Positions 41,482 through 54,030 of a stretch of 64,000 bases of DNA are shown here, piece after piece. Origin of the DNA: Octopus vulgaris (Eukaryota); contig OX597842.1 of assembly GCA_951406725.2 (NCBI GenBank), positions 2,418,001 through 2,482,000 on the forward strand, in the 5' to 3' direction. Numbering within the stretch: position 1 is the stretch's first letter; every line of letters begins with the position of its first letter. The position numbers were made by a program, and so were the translations under genes. The notes beneath the pieces are model-generated. The model did no database searches and was not told where the DNA came from. It saw only the letters and a list, made by a program, of their open reading frames with translations.

Positions 41482-41487
<6 letters not shown>
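41297..41487. repeat. GC-rich foldback hairpin adjoining (TA)n
   Basis: ATATAAGCGGGATCAGCCATCTG..GGGACAG and its reverse complement; inner stem GCCGACACCATCACGG/CCGTGATGGTGTCGGC. Confidence 0.85.
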
Positions 41488-41522
<35 letters not shown>

Positions 41523-42659
41523 GAATATAAACAAAAAAGGGTAATAATATAGATTACTACCAGTGGCTCAGCACAAAAGACAAATTAGTCATTAGACAAA
41601 ATATTATTCATATAGAAATATGATTAAGGGCTCCTAAATAAGGATGCCAAGTGCTGGGAACACAAAAAGGAGATAAACTTATCGAGAGTGAAAATCAAAA
41701 ACATTTACCGATAACTTTACATCTCGGACTGATATATATATATATGTATATATTTATATGTGTCTTTGTGTCTGTGTTCATCCCACCATCATCACTTAGC
41801 AATCAATGTTGCAGTTTGGCAAAAGAGATTGATAGAATAAGTACTAGGCTCACAAAGAATAGGTCCTGAGGTCAGTGAAGATAGTGCTCCAGCATGGCTG
41901 CAGTCAAATGACTGATACAAGTAAAAAAGAAAAAAAGAAAACATATAATCATCAGCTTCATCATTTAACGTCTGTCTTCCATGATGGCATGGATTGGATG
42001 GTTTGGCAGGAGCTGACAAGTCAGAAGACCATGTGCCAAGCTCTGTTGTCCAGTATGACATGTTTCTACGGTTGGATGGCCATGTGTTTGACTCCCAGTG
42101 GCACATTGAGCAAGACACTTCATTTCACATTGCTCCTCTCCCCTGAGCAAGCAAAAGTCAGTTGTACCTGTAATTGAAAGGGGCCAGCCATGCCACATTT
42201 TGTCTCATGCTGAATCTCCCTAAGGGTGAGTACACGTGTCTGTGGAGTACTCAGCCACTTGTACTCTCTTTCATTGATCAGATCCACTGCAACCCTTATC
42301 ATAACCGATGGAGTTCCAGCTTTTAGTGAAGGAGCTTAGCTTAGTGGTTAGGGTACTCATCTCATGACTGTAAGGTCATGAGTTCAATTCCTGGCACTGC
42401 AATGTGTCCTTGAGCAAGACACTTTATCTTTATTTCACATTACTCCAGTCCATTCAGCTGGCAAAAATTTGTACCTGCAATTCAAAAGGACCGGGCTTGT
42501 CACATTTTGTGTTTTCATGCTGAATCTCTCTGACAACTGCATACAGGGTACATGTGTCTATGGAGTACTCAGCCACTTGTACTTTAATTTTACAAGCAGG
42601 TTCCATTGATCGTATCAACTGGAACACTCGTCTTAACCAAGTGCCATTTATGATATATG

Positions 42660-42720
<61 letters not shown>

Positions 42721-42809
42721 CACACACATATACAGATTGATGGATGACAGAGAGACAGCCAGACAGATATATAGATAGATAATGTTTGATTAATGGTGTA
42801 CATTCCACC

Positions 42810-43540
42810 AGTACTGCTACACTAGCTACCACTACCACCACCACTACTAACACCAATACTACTTCCATTGCTGCCATCCACATCATCACAGACATCATCA
42901 TCACCAACACTATCATCACCATCATCGTCTTCGTCACTATCATCACCACCACTACCACCATCATCATCACCAACATCATCATCACCATTATCATCAGCTT
43001 CGTCCCTATCATCACCACCACCACCACCACCACCACCATTACCATTGTCATCACCAACAATACCTTCGCCACCACCATCATAATTGTTGGCATTCCAGGC
43101 AGTCAACATCACCACCACCGCTGCTACCAACACCATCGCCATCATCAACACCACTACCACAACCATCAGCAGCATCACCATAATCACCACCACCATCATC
43201 CCCATCAGCAGCAACAGCACCATCATGATAATGATGATCATCAGCATTCACCATTGCTACCACCACCACCACCACCATCAGCATCGCCATCATTGTCATC
43301 ATCATCACCACTACCATCATCAGAATCATCATCACCACCACTGATACCATTACCATTACCACTACCCTGAATGCTATCACCAATAACTGCTGTCACCACC
43401 ATCAGCACTATTTTCAGCAGTACCTCTACAACAACTTTTACTACCATCATCATCATCAGACCCATCATCATCATTGTCGCTGTCACCAACACCAATTACA
43501 TACCACTGCCATCACCAATGACACCTCTGTCTCCACCACC
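42810..43540. repeat. (CAC/CAT) low-complexity block
   Basis: Direct inspection. Confidence 0.9.
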
Positions 43541-43629
43541 ACTAATACTGCAGCAACTTATAGTAATAAATCAATGGTATGAATCTGGCTACCAGATACC
43601 ATCTGTTTAATTTCATGTTTGAATTGAGG

Positions 43630-44400
43630 AGAGACAGACAGACAGACAGGATGGAAAGAGACAGAAGGATGGATGGAGAGAGAGAGAGAGAGAAAAATAG
43701 GCAGACAGACAGACAGCAGACAGAGCAGGAAGAAAGACAGAAAGAGAAAAAGAGGGAGGGATGGAGAGAGAGTGAGAGAAATAGAGACAGACAGACAGAC
43801 AGAGGATGGAAAGAGAGAGAGAGAGACAGTCAGTAGACAGAGCAGGAGGAAAGACAGAAAGAGAAAGAGAGGAAGGGATGGAGAGAGAGTGAGAGAAATA
43901 GAGACAGACAGACAGACAGAGGATGGAAAGAGAGAGAGAGAGACAGTCAGTAGACAGAGCAGGAGGAAAGACAGAAAGAGAAAGAGAGGAAGGGATGGAG
44001 AGAGAGTGAGAGAAATAGAGACAGACAGACAGACAGAGGATGGAAAGAGAGAGAGAGAGACAGTCAGTAGACAGAGCAGGAGGAAAGACAGAAAGAGAAA
44101 GAGAGGAAGGGATGGAGAGAGAGTGAGAGAAATAGAGACAGACAGACAGACAGGATGGAAAGATGGAAAGAGAGATGGATGGATGGAGAGAGAGAGAGAG
44201 AGAGAGAGAGAAATAGGCAGACTGACAGACAGGGGATGGAAAGAGAGAGAGAGAGACAGTCAGCAGACAGAGCAGGAGGAAAGACAGAAAGAGAAAGAGA
44301 GGGAGGGATGGAGAGAGAGTGAGAAAAATAGAGACAGACAGACAGACAGGATGGAAAGAAAGAGAGAAAGAGAGAGACAGCAGACAGAGTGGGAGGAAAG
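43630..44400. repeat. GA-rich minisatellite with an approx. 117-bp higher-order unit
   Basis: GACAGAGCAGGAGGAAAGACAGAAAGAG... recurs; 39-aa periodicity in ORF 43673-44437. Confidence 0.85.
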
Positions 44401-45050
44401 ACGAAGAGAAAGAGAGGGAGGGATGGAGAGAGAGTGACACAAACAGACAGACCGTAGTTAGATGGGGAAAGACTAAGAGAAAGAAGGATGGATGGAGAGA
44501 GGGAGATGGGAAGAGAGAGAAAGTAAAGTAGAAGGAAGCAGAGAGAAAGAGTGAGAAATAGAGAGGTGGGAGAGACACAGAGAGTAAAAGATAGAAAGAA
44601 GAAGAGAGTGTGAGAAGGAGGAGAGAGAAAGAGAGTAATTGACAGATGGACGAATAGGGAGGGGGAAAGACAGAATAAGCAAAGCAAATAGAGGGAGTGG
44701 GTAAAGGATAGAGTGGAAGGGAGAGAGAGATGATAGTGATAGGCAGACAAACTGAGAGGGGGAGAGACATGAGAAAGTTGGTAAAAATTATGATGAGAGA
44801 GAAAGAGAGAGTGAGACAAACTGTGGACAGAGGGAGAAGGAAAGTAAATGTAGAGAAAGAGAGAGGAGAAATAAAACGGTGTTTTTTACATGGCACATCA
44901 CCAGTGTTTTTTATGTGGCACCAGCACCAGTGCCTTTTATGCGGTACCTTGATTTTAGGATCTTGACTCTGTTATTGTATGTGTTGTGTGTGTGTGTGTG
45001 TCACTCTCTCTCTCTCTCTTCCTCTGTCTCCCTTGGTCAAACATTTAACC

Positions 45051-45269
45051 CAGTGCTTTTCAACCTTTTTGCTGGAGCGGAACCCCAAGAAAACATTTCA
45101 CTGGCGCGAGGAACCCCTGTGCAATAATTTAATTGTCTTATGCACACATATCTACACAGGAGAATTAAAAATTACTGTCGATTTTAGCATTTTTGTAACT
45201 TCTTGCGGAACCCCTGGACTGTACTGGTGGAACCCTAAGGTTCTGCGAAACCCTGGTTGAAAATCACTG
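45051..45269. mobile_element. hAT-type MITE
   Basis: TIRs CAGTGCTTTTCAACC / GGTTGAAAATCACTG; 8-bp TSD ATTTAACC / ATCTAACC. Confidence 0.85.
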
Positions 45270-45840
45270 ATCTAACCAGCTAACTAATCAATCATTTATT
45301 TAACATGTTCGTTAAACAATCGATTGATTGTTAGCTAGTCAAAATTCTTTCATTGCTATTTGCAACCTTTTCAGTAACGATCAAACACCTGACTGATTGT
45401 TTAATGAGCACATTAAACAATCAATCATTTAGTTAGTTGATTAAATAATTAACCAGTTTCCTAACAATAAACAAATGGAAATGAACCAGTGCATGTGTTT
45501 TGGTTATTAATGGTTCTCCAAGGACACAACAAAATTTGTTTCAACACACAAATTCACATCAAGAATCTTGCAAACCAAATACAAAATTGAAGTGTATATT
45601 ATCATCATCTGTCCATGCTGGCATGGGTTGGACAGTTTGACTGGGTTGGTACGCTGGAAGGCTGCACAAGACTCCAGTCTGATTTGGCATGGTTTTTTTC
45701 TAACACCAAACACTTAAAGAGTGTAATGGGTGCTTTTACAGGCCACTGGCACAGGTACCATTTGTGTAACACCGGGGTGCGTTTATGTACCACCGGCATA
45801 GGTGCCAATTTGTGGTACACTGGTATCTGCCACAACTGCG

Positions 45841-45871
<31 letters not shown>

Positions 45872-45943
45872 GGTCCCGGGTTGATTCGGGGTTAACCACA
45901 GTAAGTAAGGTACTCAATACATAGCAGAGTAAAATTAATTTAT

Positions 45944-46059
45944 TATATAGAAGGAGCTTCTACAGGACTAGTACTGTTTCATTCAAGAGAAATCTTCAGG
46001 AAGCGCTTCCTGAAGATTTCTCTTGAATGAAACAGTACTAGTCCTGTAGAAGCTCCTTC

Positions 46060-46065
<6 letters not shown>
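45944..46065. mobile_element. Perfect 122-bp palindrome carrying a hammerhead core in each arm
   Basis: Centre AAGC|GCTT (46004/46005); CTGAAGA-TTTC TCTT GAAT-GAAA-CAGTACTAG-TC at 46010-46043. Confidence 0.75.
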
Positions 46066-46113
<48 letters not shown>

Positions 46114-46336
46114 TTAACAATTGAGGATAAAATCTATAAAAGAAATTATCAGTAGTCAGAGTGAAAAACCTCGTAAGAGAAAAAAATCCGTAAATTCTTC
46201 CTCTTTGAAAATATTCATTTATATTATATTGAGGGTACTACTATTCGTAGATACCAACACGCTAAGAGGGACCAATGCGGTCAAAACTACTAAAAATAAA
46301 CAAAATTTTACCGAATGCAAAACTTCAAAACACATC

Positions 46337-46379
<43 letters not shown>

Positions 46380-46483
46380 GTATATATATGTATATATATA
46401 TATATATATATATAAAGGGTTATAATTTTACCAGGTAGCCAGTGCAGAAATAAAAACCTTTTAGGTAACTTTGACAAAATATT

Positions 46484-46696
46484 TTACTCTTTACTCTTTT
46501 ACTTGTTTCAGTCATTTGACTGTGGCCATGCTGGAGCACCGCCTTTAGTAGAGCAGATCGACCCCAGGACTTATTCTTTGTAAGCCCAGTACTTATTCTA
46601 TCGGTCTCTTTTGCCGAACTGCTAAGTGACGGGGACGTAAACACACCAGCATTGGTTGTCAAGCAATGCTAGGGGGACAAACATAGACACACAAAA

Positions 46697-46732
<36 letters not shown>

Positions 46733-46893
46733 ATATATACGACAGGCTTCTTTCAGTTTCCATCTACCAAATCCACTCACAAGGCATTGGTCGGCCCGGG
46801 GCTATAGCAGAAGACACTTGCCCAAGGTGCCATGCAGTGGGACTGAACCTGGAACCATGTGGTTGGTAAGCAAGCTACTTACCACACAGCCAC
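46484..46893 (-). mobile_element. SINE family A
   Basis: Full-length reverse-complement match. Confidence 0.85.
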
Positions 46894-47189
46894 TCCTGTG
46901 CCTATATATGTATAGATAGTGAAAGAGAAAGAGAGAGATGCTCACACAAGCTTCAACTCTCCCCACCCCCATCCACACAGAACGTCCACCATAGTGAATT
47001 TCTTTCCTAATTGCCTTGTCTGATATACAGAGATAAAACTGACAGACAAGGGCTACGGGCTTGTCCTTTGAACTTCCAGACAGCTGGTCAGTGGACCGGT
47101 GTCAGCTAGTTTGTACCAGTCTAGGCTGGTCTGTCCGTCATCTCCTAACGATGAGAATTTAGAAATCTGTGATGCAGAGATAAAGATTC

Positions 47190-48280
47190 GGTGGTGGTGT
47201 TGTTTAGCCCTTGGCCATTCCTGGTCCACCAGACAAATTATCAAAGATGATCAAATTGTGACCACCCCATCAAGTCATAGTGTATTGTATTGTAGCTAGT
47301 ATTAGTGACTGTAGCTGTTGGTGTTTAGTCCCAGGACAGTACTCATCCAGACAGGCCTATGATCAAAGATGTTCCAGCTATGACCTTCCCATCTTTTATT
47401 CTGGCATAGTGTTTCTAGGACTACATTATCTAATGTACAATATAATAGCTGGTTGCTGTTTAGCCCTAGGACAATCCTGATCTAATTGACCTATGATCAA
47501 AGATGTTCAAGCTGTAACGTAGAAGTGGTTGTGTGGTAAGTAGCTTGCTTACCAACCACATGGTTCCAGGTCCAGTCCCACTGTATGACACCTTGGGCAA
47601 GTGTCTTCTACTATAACCTTGGGCTGACCAAAGCCTTGTGAGTGGATTTGGTAGATGGAAACTGAAAGAAGCCCGTCATATATATGTATGTATATGTGTG
47701 TGTGTGTGAATGTGTGTCTGTTTTTATACACCCAATATCACTTGACAACTGATGCTGGTGTGTTTACGTCTCCGTAACTTAGCAGTTCAGCAAAAGAGAC
47801 TGATAGAATAAATACTAGGCTCACAAAGAATAAGTCCTGGGGTTGATTTGCTCGACTAAAAGGCGGTGCTCCAGCATGGCCACAGTCAAATGACTGAAAC
47901 AAGTAAAAGTGTAAAGAGTAACCCATCTTTTATTCAGACGTAGTGTATCTAGGACTACATTATCTAATGTATCATATAGTAGTTAGTATTAGTGTTTATA
48001 GTTGTTGTTATTTAGCCCCAGGCCAGACCCAATACTGCTAACCTATGATCCTAGATGTTCCAGCTGTGACCATTCCATCTTTATCCAGACATTATATACC
48101 TAGGTCTACATTGTTTAATGTATTGTGAGGTAGTTAGTATTTATGGCTATAGTTGTTGTTTAGCCCCTGGTCAGTCCTGATTGAGAAAGACCTATGATCA
48201 AGGATGCTCCAGCTGTGATCATCCCATATTTCATTCAGACATAGTCTATCTAGGGCTACATTATCTAATGTACAGTGTCA
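47190..48280 (+). repeat. Second array of the 29270-type tandem unit, split by a family A SINE (47519-47915)
   Basis: GACCTATGATCAAAGATGTTCCAGCTGTGACCATCCCATC..CTAGGACTACATTATCTAATGTA units. Confidence 0.8.
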
Positions 48281-48960
48281 TTAATATTAATGGCTATTCT
48301 AAGGCAGCGAACCTGGCAAAATGCTTTGTGGCATTTTGTGTGTGTGTCTGTGTTTGTCGCCCCCCAACTTCACTTGACATCTGATGTTGGTGTGTTTATG
48401 TCCTGGTAACTTAGCAGTTCAGCAAAAGGGACTGATAGAAGTACTAAGCTTACAAAGAATAAGTCATGGGGTCAATTTGCTTGACCAAAGGCATTGCTCC
48501 AGCATGGCCGCAGTCAAATGACTGAAACAAGTAAAAGAATACTGTTGCCTTGAATATATGACCTCCTCCGTAAAGATATTATGCAAAGTCATGTAAAAGG
48601 GAGCAAACTGAATGTGATCCCTCATCCTACCTGATGAGGTGCTGGCACACAGCTGTTACTGAATCATTTTTGTTTTTGTAATTATTTATAAAATTAATTT
48701 TTCTAATCAAAGATACAATAAAATCTATAAGAGACAAACGATAAAAGTTACCTTTTCTTGTCCTCCCAATGTTAAGTCGTATACCAATAAGCAACGGACG
48801 ACTCAACCCTGCCCGGAATGCACTTGTAGAGACAAATCTAAGTGTCCTCTGGGATAGGAGTGCGATATATCTTCCATTGTTTATGAAGCACAGGTTTCAG
48901 CAAACTACAGCAATGGTCATACAAATATCAAACATTATTGGTGTAATGGGAAGAAAATTT

Positions 48961-49761
48961 GGATCTTTTCCTTTTGAACGGCACATGTCAACACAATTTC
49001 TAGTTAACTAAACACTTTTAAACTTCGTATCCTGGTAGAATGTGTTTATAAAACATAATTTTTTCTTGGCTTTATTGAGAAAATTCTATCTGTTGTAACA
49101 TATTTCCACTTTAAAATCGAGCATTTCGGCAATTTTAACCAATCGCTGACCTCCATTTGGGGTGAAAACATTCTGTGCCGAATGAATATGTCCCTCCTTT
49201 AAGAAACAGATAGGGTTTATTTACATTTGTGAAGAAAAAAAGATATCCTTCCCCCACTCCTAACCCTAACTCTAACCCTAAATCTAAAATAGATTGAAAT
49301 GCAATAGATTGATACTAGGGTTATTATTATGGGTGACAATTTCATACGACACCGCTATGGAAAATGGAATCTTTTTCTAGCGGTGTCAAATAAAAATGTC
49401 ATCCATAATTATAATCCTAGTATCAATCTATTGCATTTCAATTTAGGGTTAGAGTTAGGGTTAGGGGTGGGGGAAGGGTATTTTTTTCTTCATAAATGTA
49501 AATAAACCCAATCTCTTTCTTAAAGGAGGGACATATTCATTATGCACAGAATGTTATTTACGTCAATGGAGGTAATTGATTGGTTAAAATTGCCGAAATG
49601 CTCGAAATTTCAGACGAAATATCTTATAAACCATAGAATTTTCTCAATAAAGCCAAGAAAAAATGATATTTTATAAACACATTCTACCAGTATACGAAGT
49701 TTGAAAGTGTTTAGTTAACTAGAAATTGTGTTGACATGTGCCGTTCAAAAGGAAAAGATCC
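48961..49761. mobile_element. 801-bp near-palindromic non-autonomous DNA transposon (Merlin-like ends)
   Basis: TIR GGATCTTTTCCTTTTGAACGGCAC...; exact 8-bp TSD GAAAATTT (48953-48960, 49762-49769); arms extend to about 49365. Confidence 0.85.
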
Positions 49762-50180
49762 GAAAATTTAAATCTAGATATAACAAGCATCTTTTGGGTT
49801 TTAGATACGAGGCATTCAACGACCCTTTTGGCTTTAATATGGAAACTTGAAGACAAAGGGACCAATTTTGATATCTTGATCTAATTGACCTATGATCAAA
49901 GATGTTCAAGCTGTGATGTAGGAGTGGCTGTGTGGTAAGTAGCTTGCTTACCAACCACATGGTTCCGGGTTCAGTCCCACTATTGATCGTATCAATTGGC
50001 CAGAATGGGAATAAAAACCTTCAAAAGTAGTAATTATTATTAAAATTATAATTTAGGGTATCTAAAAGATACCACCATGCTGGAAATAGCAGTCAAAACT
50101 TGACTCTAAAATCCTCTCTAAATCCAGACCCTGTTTTAATGGGTGAAAAAAAATGTTCAGTGTGTTCGCTTGGAAGACTC

Positions 50181-50610
50181 TCATCATCATCATCATCATC
50201 GTTTAACGTCCATTTTCCATGCTAGCATGGGTTGGACGGTTCAACAGGGGTCTGGGAAGCCAGAAGGCTGCACCAGGCCCAGTTTGATCTGGCAGTGTTT
50301 CTACAGCTGGATGCCCTTCCTAATGCCAACCACTACAAGAGTGTAGTGGGTGCTTTTTATGTGCCACCTGCACAAGTGCCAGACGAGTCTGGCAAATAGC
50401 CACGATCGGATGGTGCTTTTTACATGCCACCGGCACGGGGGCCAGACGAGGCTGGCAACGGCCACAATCGGATGATGCTTTTTATGTGCCACCGGCACGG
50501 AGGCCAGTGGAGGCGGCGCTAGCAATGGCTTCATTCGGATGGTTCTCTTATGTGCCACTGGCACTGGTATCACAGCTACAATTTCCATTGATGTTGATCG
50601 ATTTCGATCT
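50181..50610 (-). mobile_element. Retroposon family C with internal tandem units
   Basis: (CAT)n tail plus repeated GGTGCTTTTTATGTGCCACCGGCACGG units. Confidence 0.7.
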
Positions 50611-51291
50611 ATTAAAATCACTTGAGAACCTCCAACGTTGTGGTGCACCAGAGCACTGTATACAATAATTTCATTATCATTATTATTATCATTATTATTA
50701 TTATTAAATAGCCTCCACCCAGCTGAACAGAATATTTCCATTCAACTTTTATTAAATCCATATAAGCACAATTGACTTGTCTACATTGGTCGATACTTTT
50801 GAATCATCAACATTTTCAATTTATTTTGCCCTCAGCCTTCCTTGAAAGTTAATGTGACACATCGAATATGTAAATTCAAGGAACAAGATTTTTTTCTTTA
50901 TGTCCACATTCCAAAGAATAATATCTTGTTGGAATTCAAAAGTAAACCACTTGGCACTTAGTGAACCATTAACATCTGGTTTATGTCTGCCTCCCATTGA
51001 ATTACTCTAACATTGGTTATCTCCCTTCTCTTTTTCCTTCTTATCTTCATCTTCACAAGCATCTCTTGTTCAGATGTTATTTACTCAAAAAAAAAGATCA
51101 ACTGACAAATGGTCTTTGCTTTTCAGGTTGATAAATGGCAGAAGAAATTCTTATTTTGACCAGGAAATACTGAGTAGTTATTTGCAAGATTTGTGGTTTT
51201 CAATTTAAGATTATCTTTACTCTCTCTTGGCTGATCGAGTGCTTCTCTACTTATTGAAACATTATCGCATCATATATATATATATATATAT

Positions 51292-51426
51292 AACGGGAAG
51301 CTTTATGAAAATAAACAAAAGACGAAGGCAGGTGGAATACAAACAAACAAATGTATTAGTATGGCGCTCAGGAATATAAATAAAAGAAGTCTTTTACGTT
51401 TCGAGCCTACACTCTTCAACAGAAAG
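51292..51426 (-). mobile_element. Penelope-like terminal remnant with minimal HHR motif (longer copy at 52491-52680)
   Basis: Reverse complement reads CTTT-CTGTTGAA-GAGT GTAG GCTC-GAAA-CG-TA-AAAG; same family as 16676. Confidence 0.6.
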
Positions 51427-51532
51427 TATATATGTATATATATACTCTTTTACTTGTTTCAGTCATTTGACTGCGGCCATGCTGGAGCACCGCCTTTAGT
51501 CGAGCAATATATACTGTCAATCTATATATATA

Positions 51533-51924
51533 TTAGATTGACAGTATACAACCATTATATCGCTCCACCACCGTACACCTCTCTACGAGAGATTTAGAAA
51601 CTCAATATTTCTTATTTTGATAATCAGTGAATAGACTTCACTGACTATAGATATATACAGATACGAAGTCCAGACAGATATCGCCAGCTGACCGGTGTCT
51701 GCTACTCTAGGCCGATGAAGGACAATGATCCTGAAACACGGTGTCCCTAGATGCAGTTCCGGCGGTTGGGGGTGTTTGTCTCCCCTTCATATGTGTATAT
51801 AAGGACACAGGATAAAATGTGTCGAAGCTGTAAGGAGGCGTTCGATGCCTCCTAGGGCTATATAACGGTGGTGTACCCCCTACTGTCACGTTCTTGTTAG
51901 ATTGACAGTATACAACCATTATAT
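51533..51924 (+). mobile_element. Retrozyme-like / Penelope pLTR-like monomer (364-bp period)
   Basis: 28-bp direct repeat TTAGATTGACAGTATACAACCATTATAT at 51533 and 51897; internal intact HHR; short inverted copy at 51510-51524. Confidence 0.7.
51706..51751 (+). ncRNA. Type-I hammerhead ribozyme
   Basis: TCTAGG-CCGATGA-AGGA CAATGA TCCT-GAAA-CAC G GTG-TC-CCTAGA; all three helices pair; predicted cut after C51745. Confidence 0.82.
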
Positions 51925-52228
51925 ATATATATTTATATATAAGTAATGTTCATTGCCACATCAGTATGGCTGTTCCATAGGATTCGGTGTTACTACCTTT
52001 TTTAACCCCAGGAGGATGCCTCCTCCAGCTGGGTATTAATACAGGTGACAAACATTACTTCTCAGTAGAGTTACGACTTTCATCTCTTATAGAGATTTTC
52101 TAACTAACTACTTTGCTTGTTATTTATATATGTATATATATATATAATAATAAATATTAGGGAATAAATCCAAATTTACAGGGAAAAAATCAGATTTAGG
52201 ATTAAATCCAATTTTATAGTAAAATATT

Positions 52229-52442
52229 ATATAATATTAATTCGAGACAAAACCACTATTTTGCAAAACAAACAAGGAAAGACTTAATCAATACATAAAA
52301 TTTTAATAAAAAGTAAAAAAACACCACTACAATTGTTTCATGAAACAATTGTAGTGGCGTTTTTTTTTACTTTTTATTAAAATTTTATGTATTGATTAAG
52401 TCTTTCCTTGTTTGTTTTGCAAAATAGTGGTTTTGTCTCGAA

Positions 52443-52454
<12 letters not shown>
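52229..52454. mobile_element. Near-perfect approx. 225-bp palindrome with the 3' half of a hammerhead at its apex
   Basis: Centre TTTCA|TGAAA (52340/52341) followed by CAATTG-TA; left flank related to 27860-27950. Confidence 0.75.
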
Positions 52455-52492
<38 letters not shown>

Positions 52493-53042
52493 CGGGAAGC
52501 TTTATGAAAATAGACAAAAGACGAAGGCAGGTGGGAAACAAACAAACAATTGTATTAGTATGGCGTCAGGAAATATAAATAAAACAAGTCTTTAACGTTT
52601 TGAGCCTACGCTCTTCAACAGAAAGATACACAGAGAGAAAAAAAACACAGAAAGAAGGAGAGAAAAAAAATGCGTGCAGTAGCTAACGAATCAACATGGC
52701 GATCTGATTTCGGCCAGAGGTCAAAGATCAAACATGAGACGCGAGAGCAAAATAAGGGGAGATAATAGGGTTGAATGACCACCTATTAGTGCATAGGAGG
52801 GGTCTGGACGTGTGTATGTATAGGGTTGGTGTATGTATTAGTATGTATTAGTATGTATAAGGGTGTGTATGAGAGAGTATTAGTCCGTAGGATAGGTCTG
52901 GACAGGCGTATGTATGGGGTTGGTGTATGTATTAGTATGTATTAGTATGTATTAGTACGTATTAGTATGTATAAGTGTGTGTGTGTGTGTATGAGAGAGT
53001 ATAAGTGCGTATGAGGGGTCTGGACGTGTGTATGTATAGGGT

Positions 53043-53595
<553 letters not shown>

Positions 53596-53600
53596 TGTAC

Positions 53601-54030
53601 GCTTTGGACTGAGCTGGATGGTGAACAAAAGTGTGGAGTGGAGTGAAAGCATTTGAAGAGGCCAGGATAAAACATGCAAGACTCAAAAGAGATCTAAGGA
53701 AGAATGTAACAATCGAGAGGGTGAATGACCATGACCTTTCTTGTGTGCACAGTCTGTGAAAGACCATGCCTAGCTTTTGCTGGCCTCAAATCTCATCTGC
53801 GAACGCATGGAAAACAAACTTCCACCAACCATTCTGCCTATATGTCTATACACACCTTGGAATGCAGTGTATGCCAGAAGGTTTGCAAATCCAACGGAGG
53901 TCTCAAAAGATGTGTTAAGATCCACAAAGAGCAGAACTTAGCTGCAGGTACTGGTGGTCCAAATCAGATATGCAATCTATGTGGGTGTCTTTTCAGATCA
54001 TTGTCTGGTTTAACAAGTTTAAAAAGCTAA
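53601..54030 (+). mobile_element. Decayed RTE-clade LINE ORF2 C-terminus with three C2H2-like zinc fingers
   Basis: [32 protein letters not shown] (AxDRxxWR with stops consistent with CGA>TGA), frameshift, then CTVC..GLKSHLRTH, CSVC..GLKRCVKIH, CNLC..GLTS. Confidence 0.75.

Noticed and set aside
43613-44896. 427-aa and 254-aa repetitive ORFs
   Set aside because: Translations of a GA-rich minisatellite
49259-49466. Telomere fusion site
   Set aside because: Only 3-4 hexamers per side, internal to a TSD-flanked MITE
52060-52110. Stem-loop plus GAAA-GTCG-TA on -
   Set aside because: The 5' core is unrecognisable
53725-54030. Host C2H2 zinc-finger gene
   Set aside because: No TGEKP linkers, degenerate fingers and contiguity with a decayed RTE ORF2 terminus
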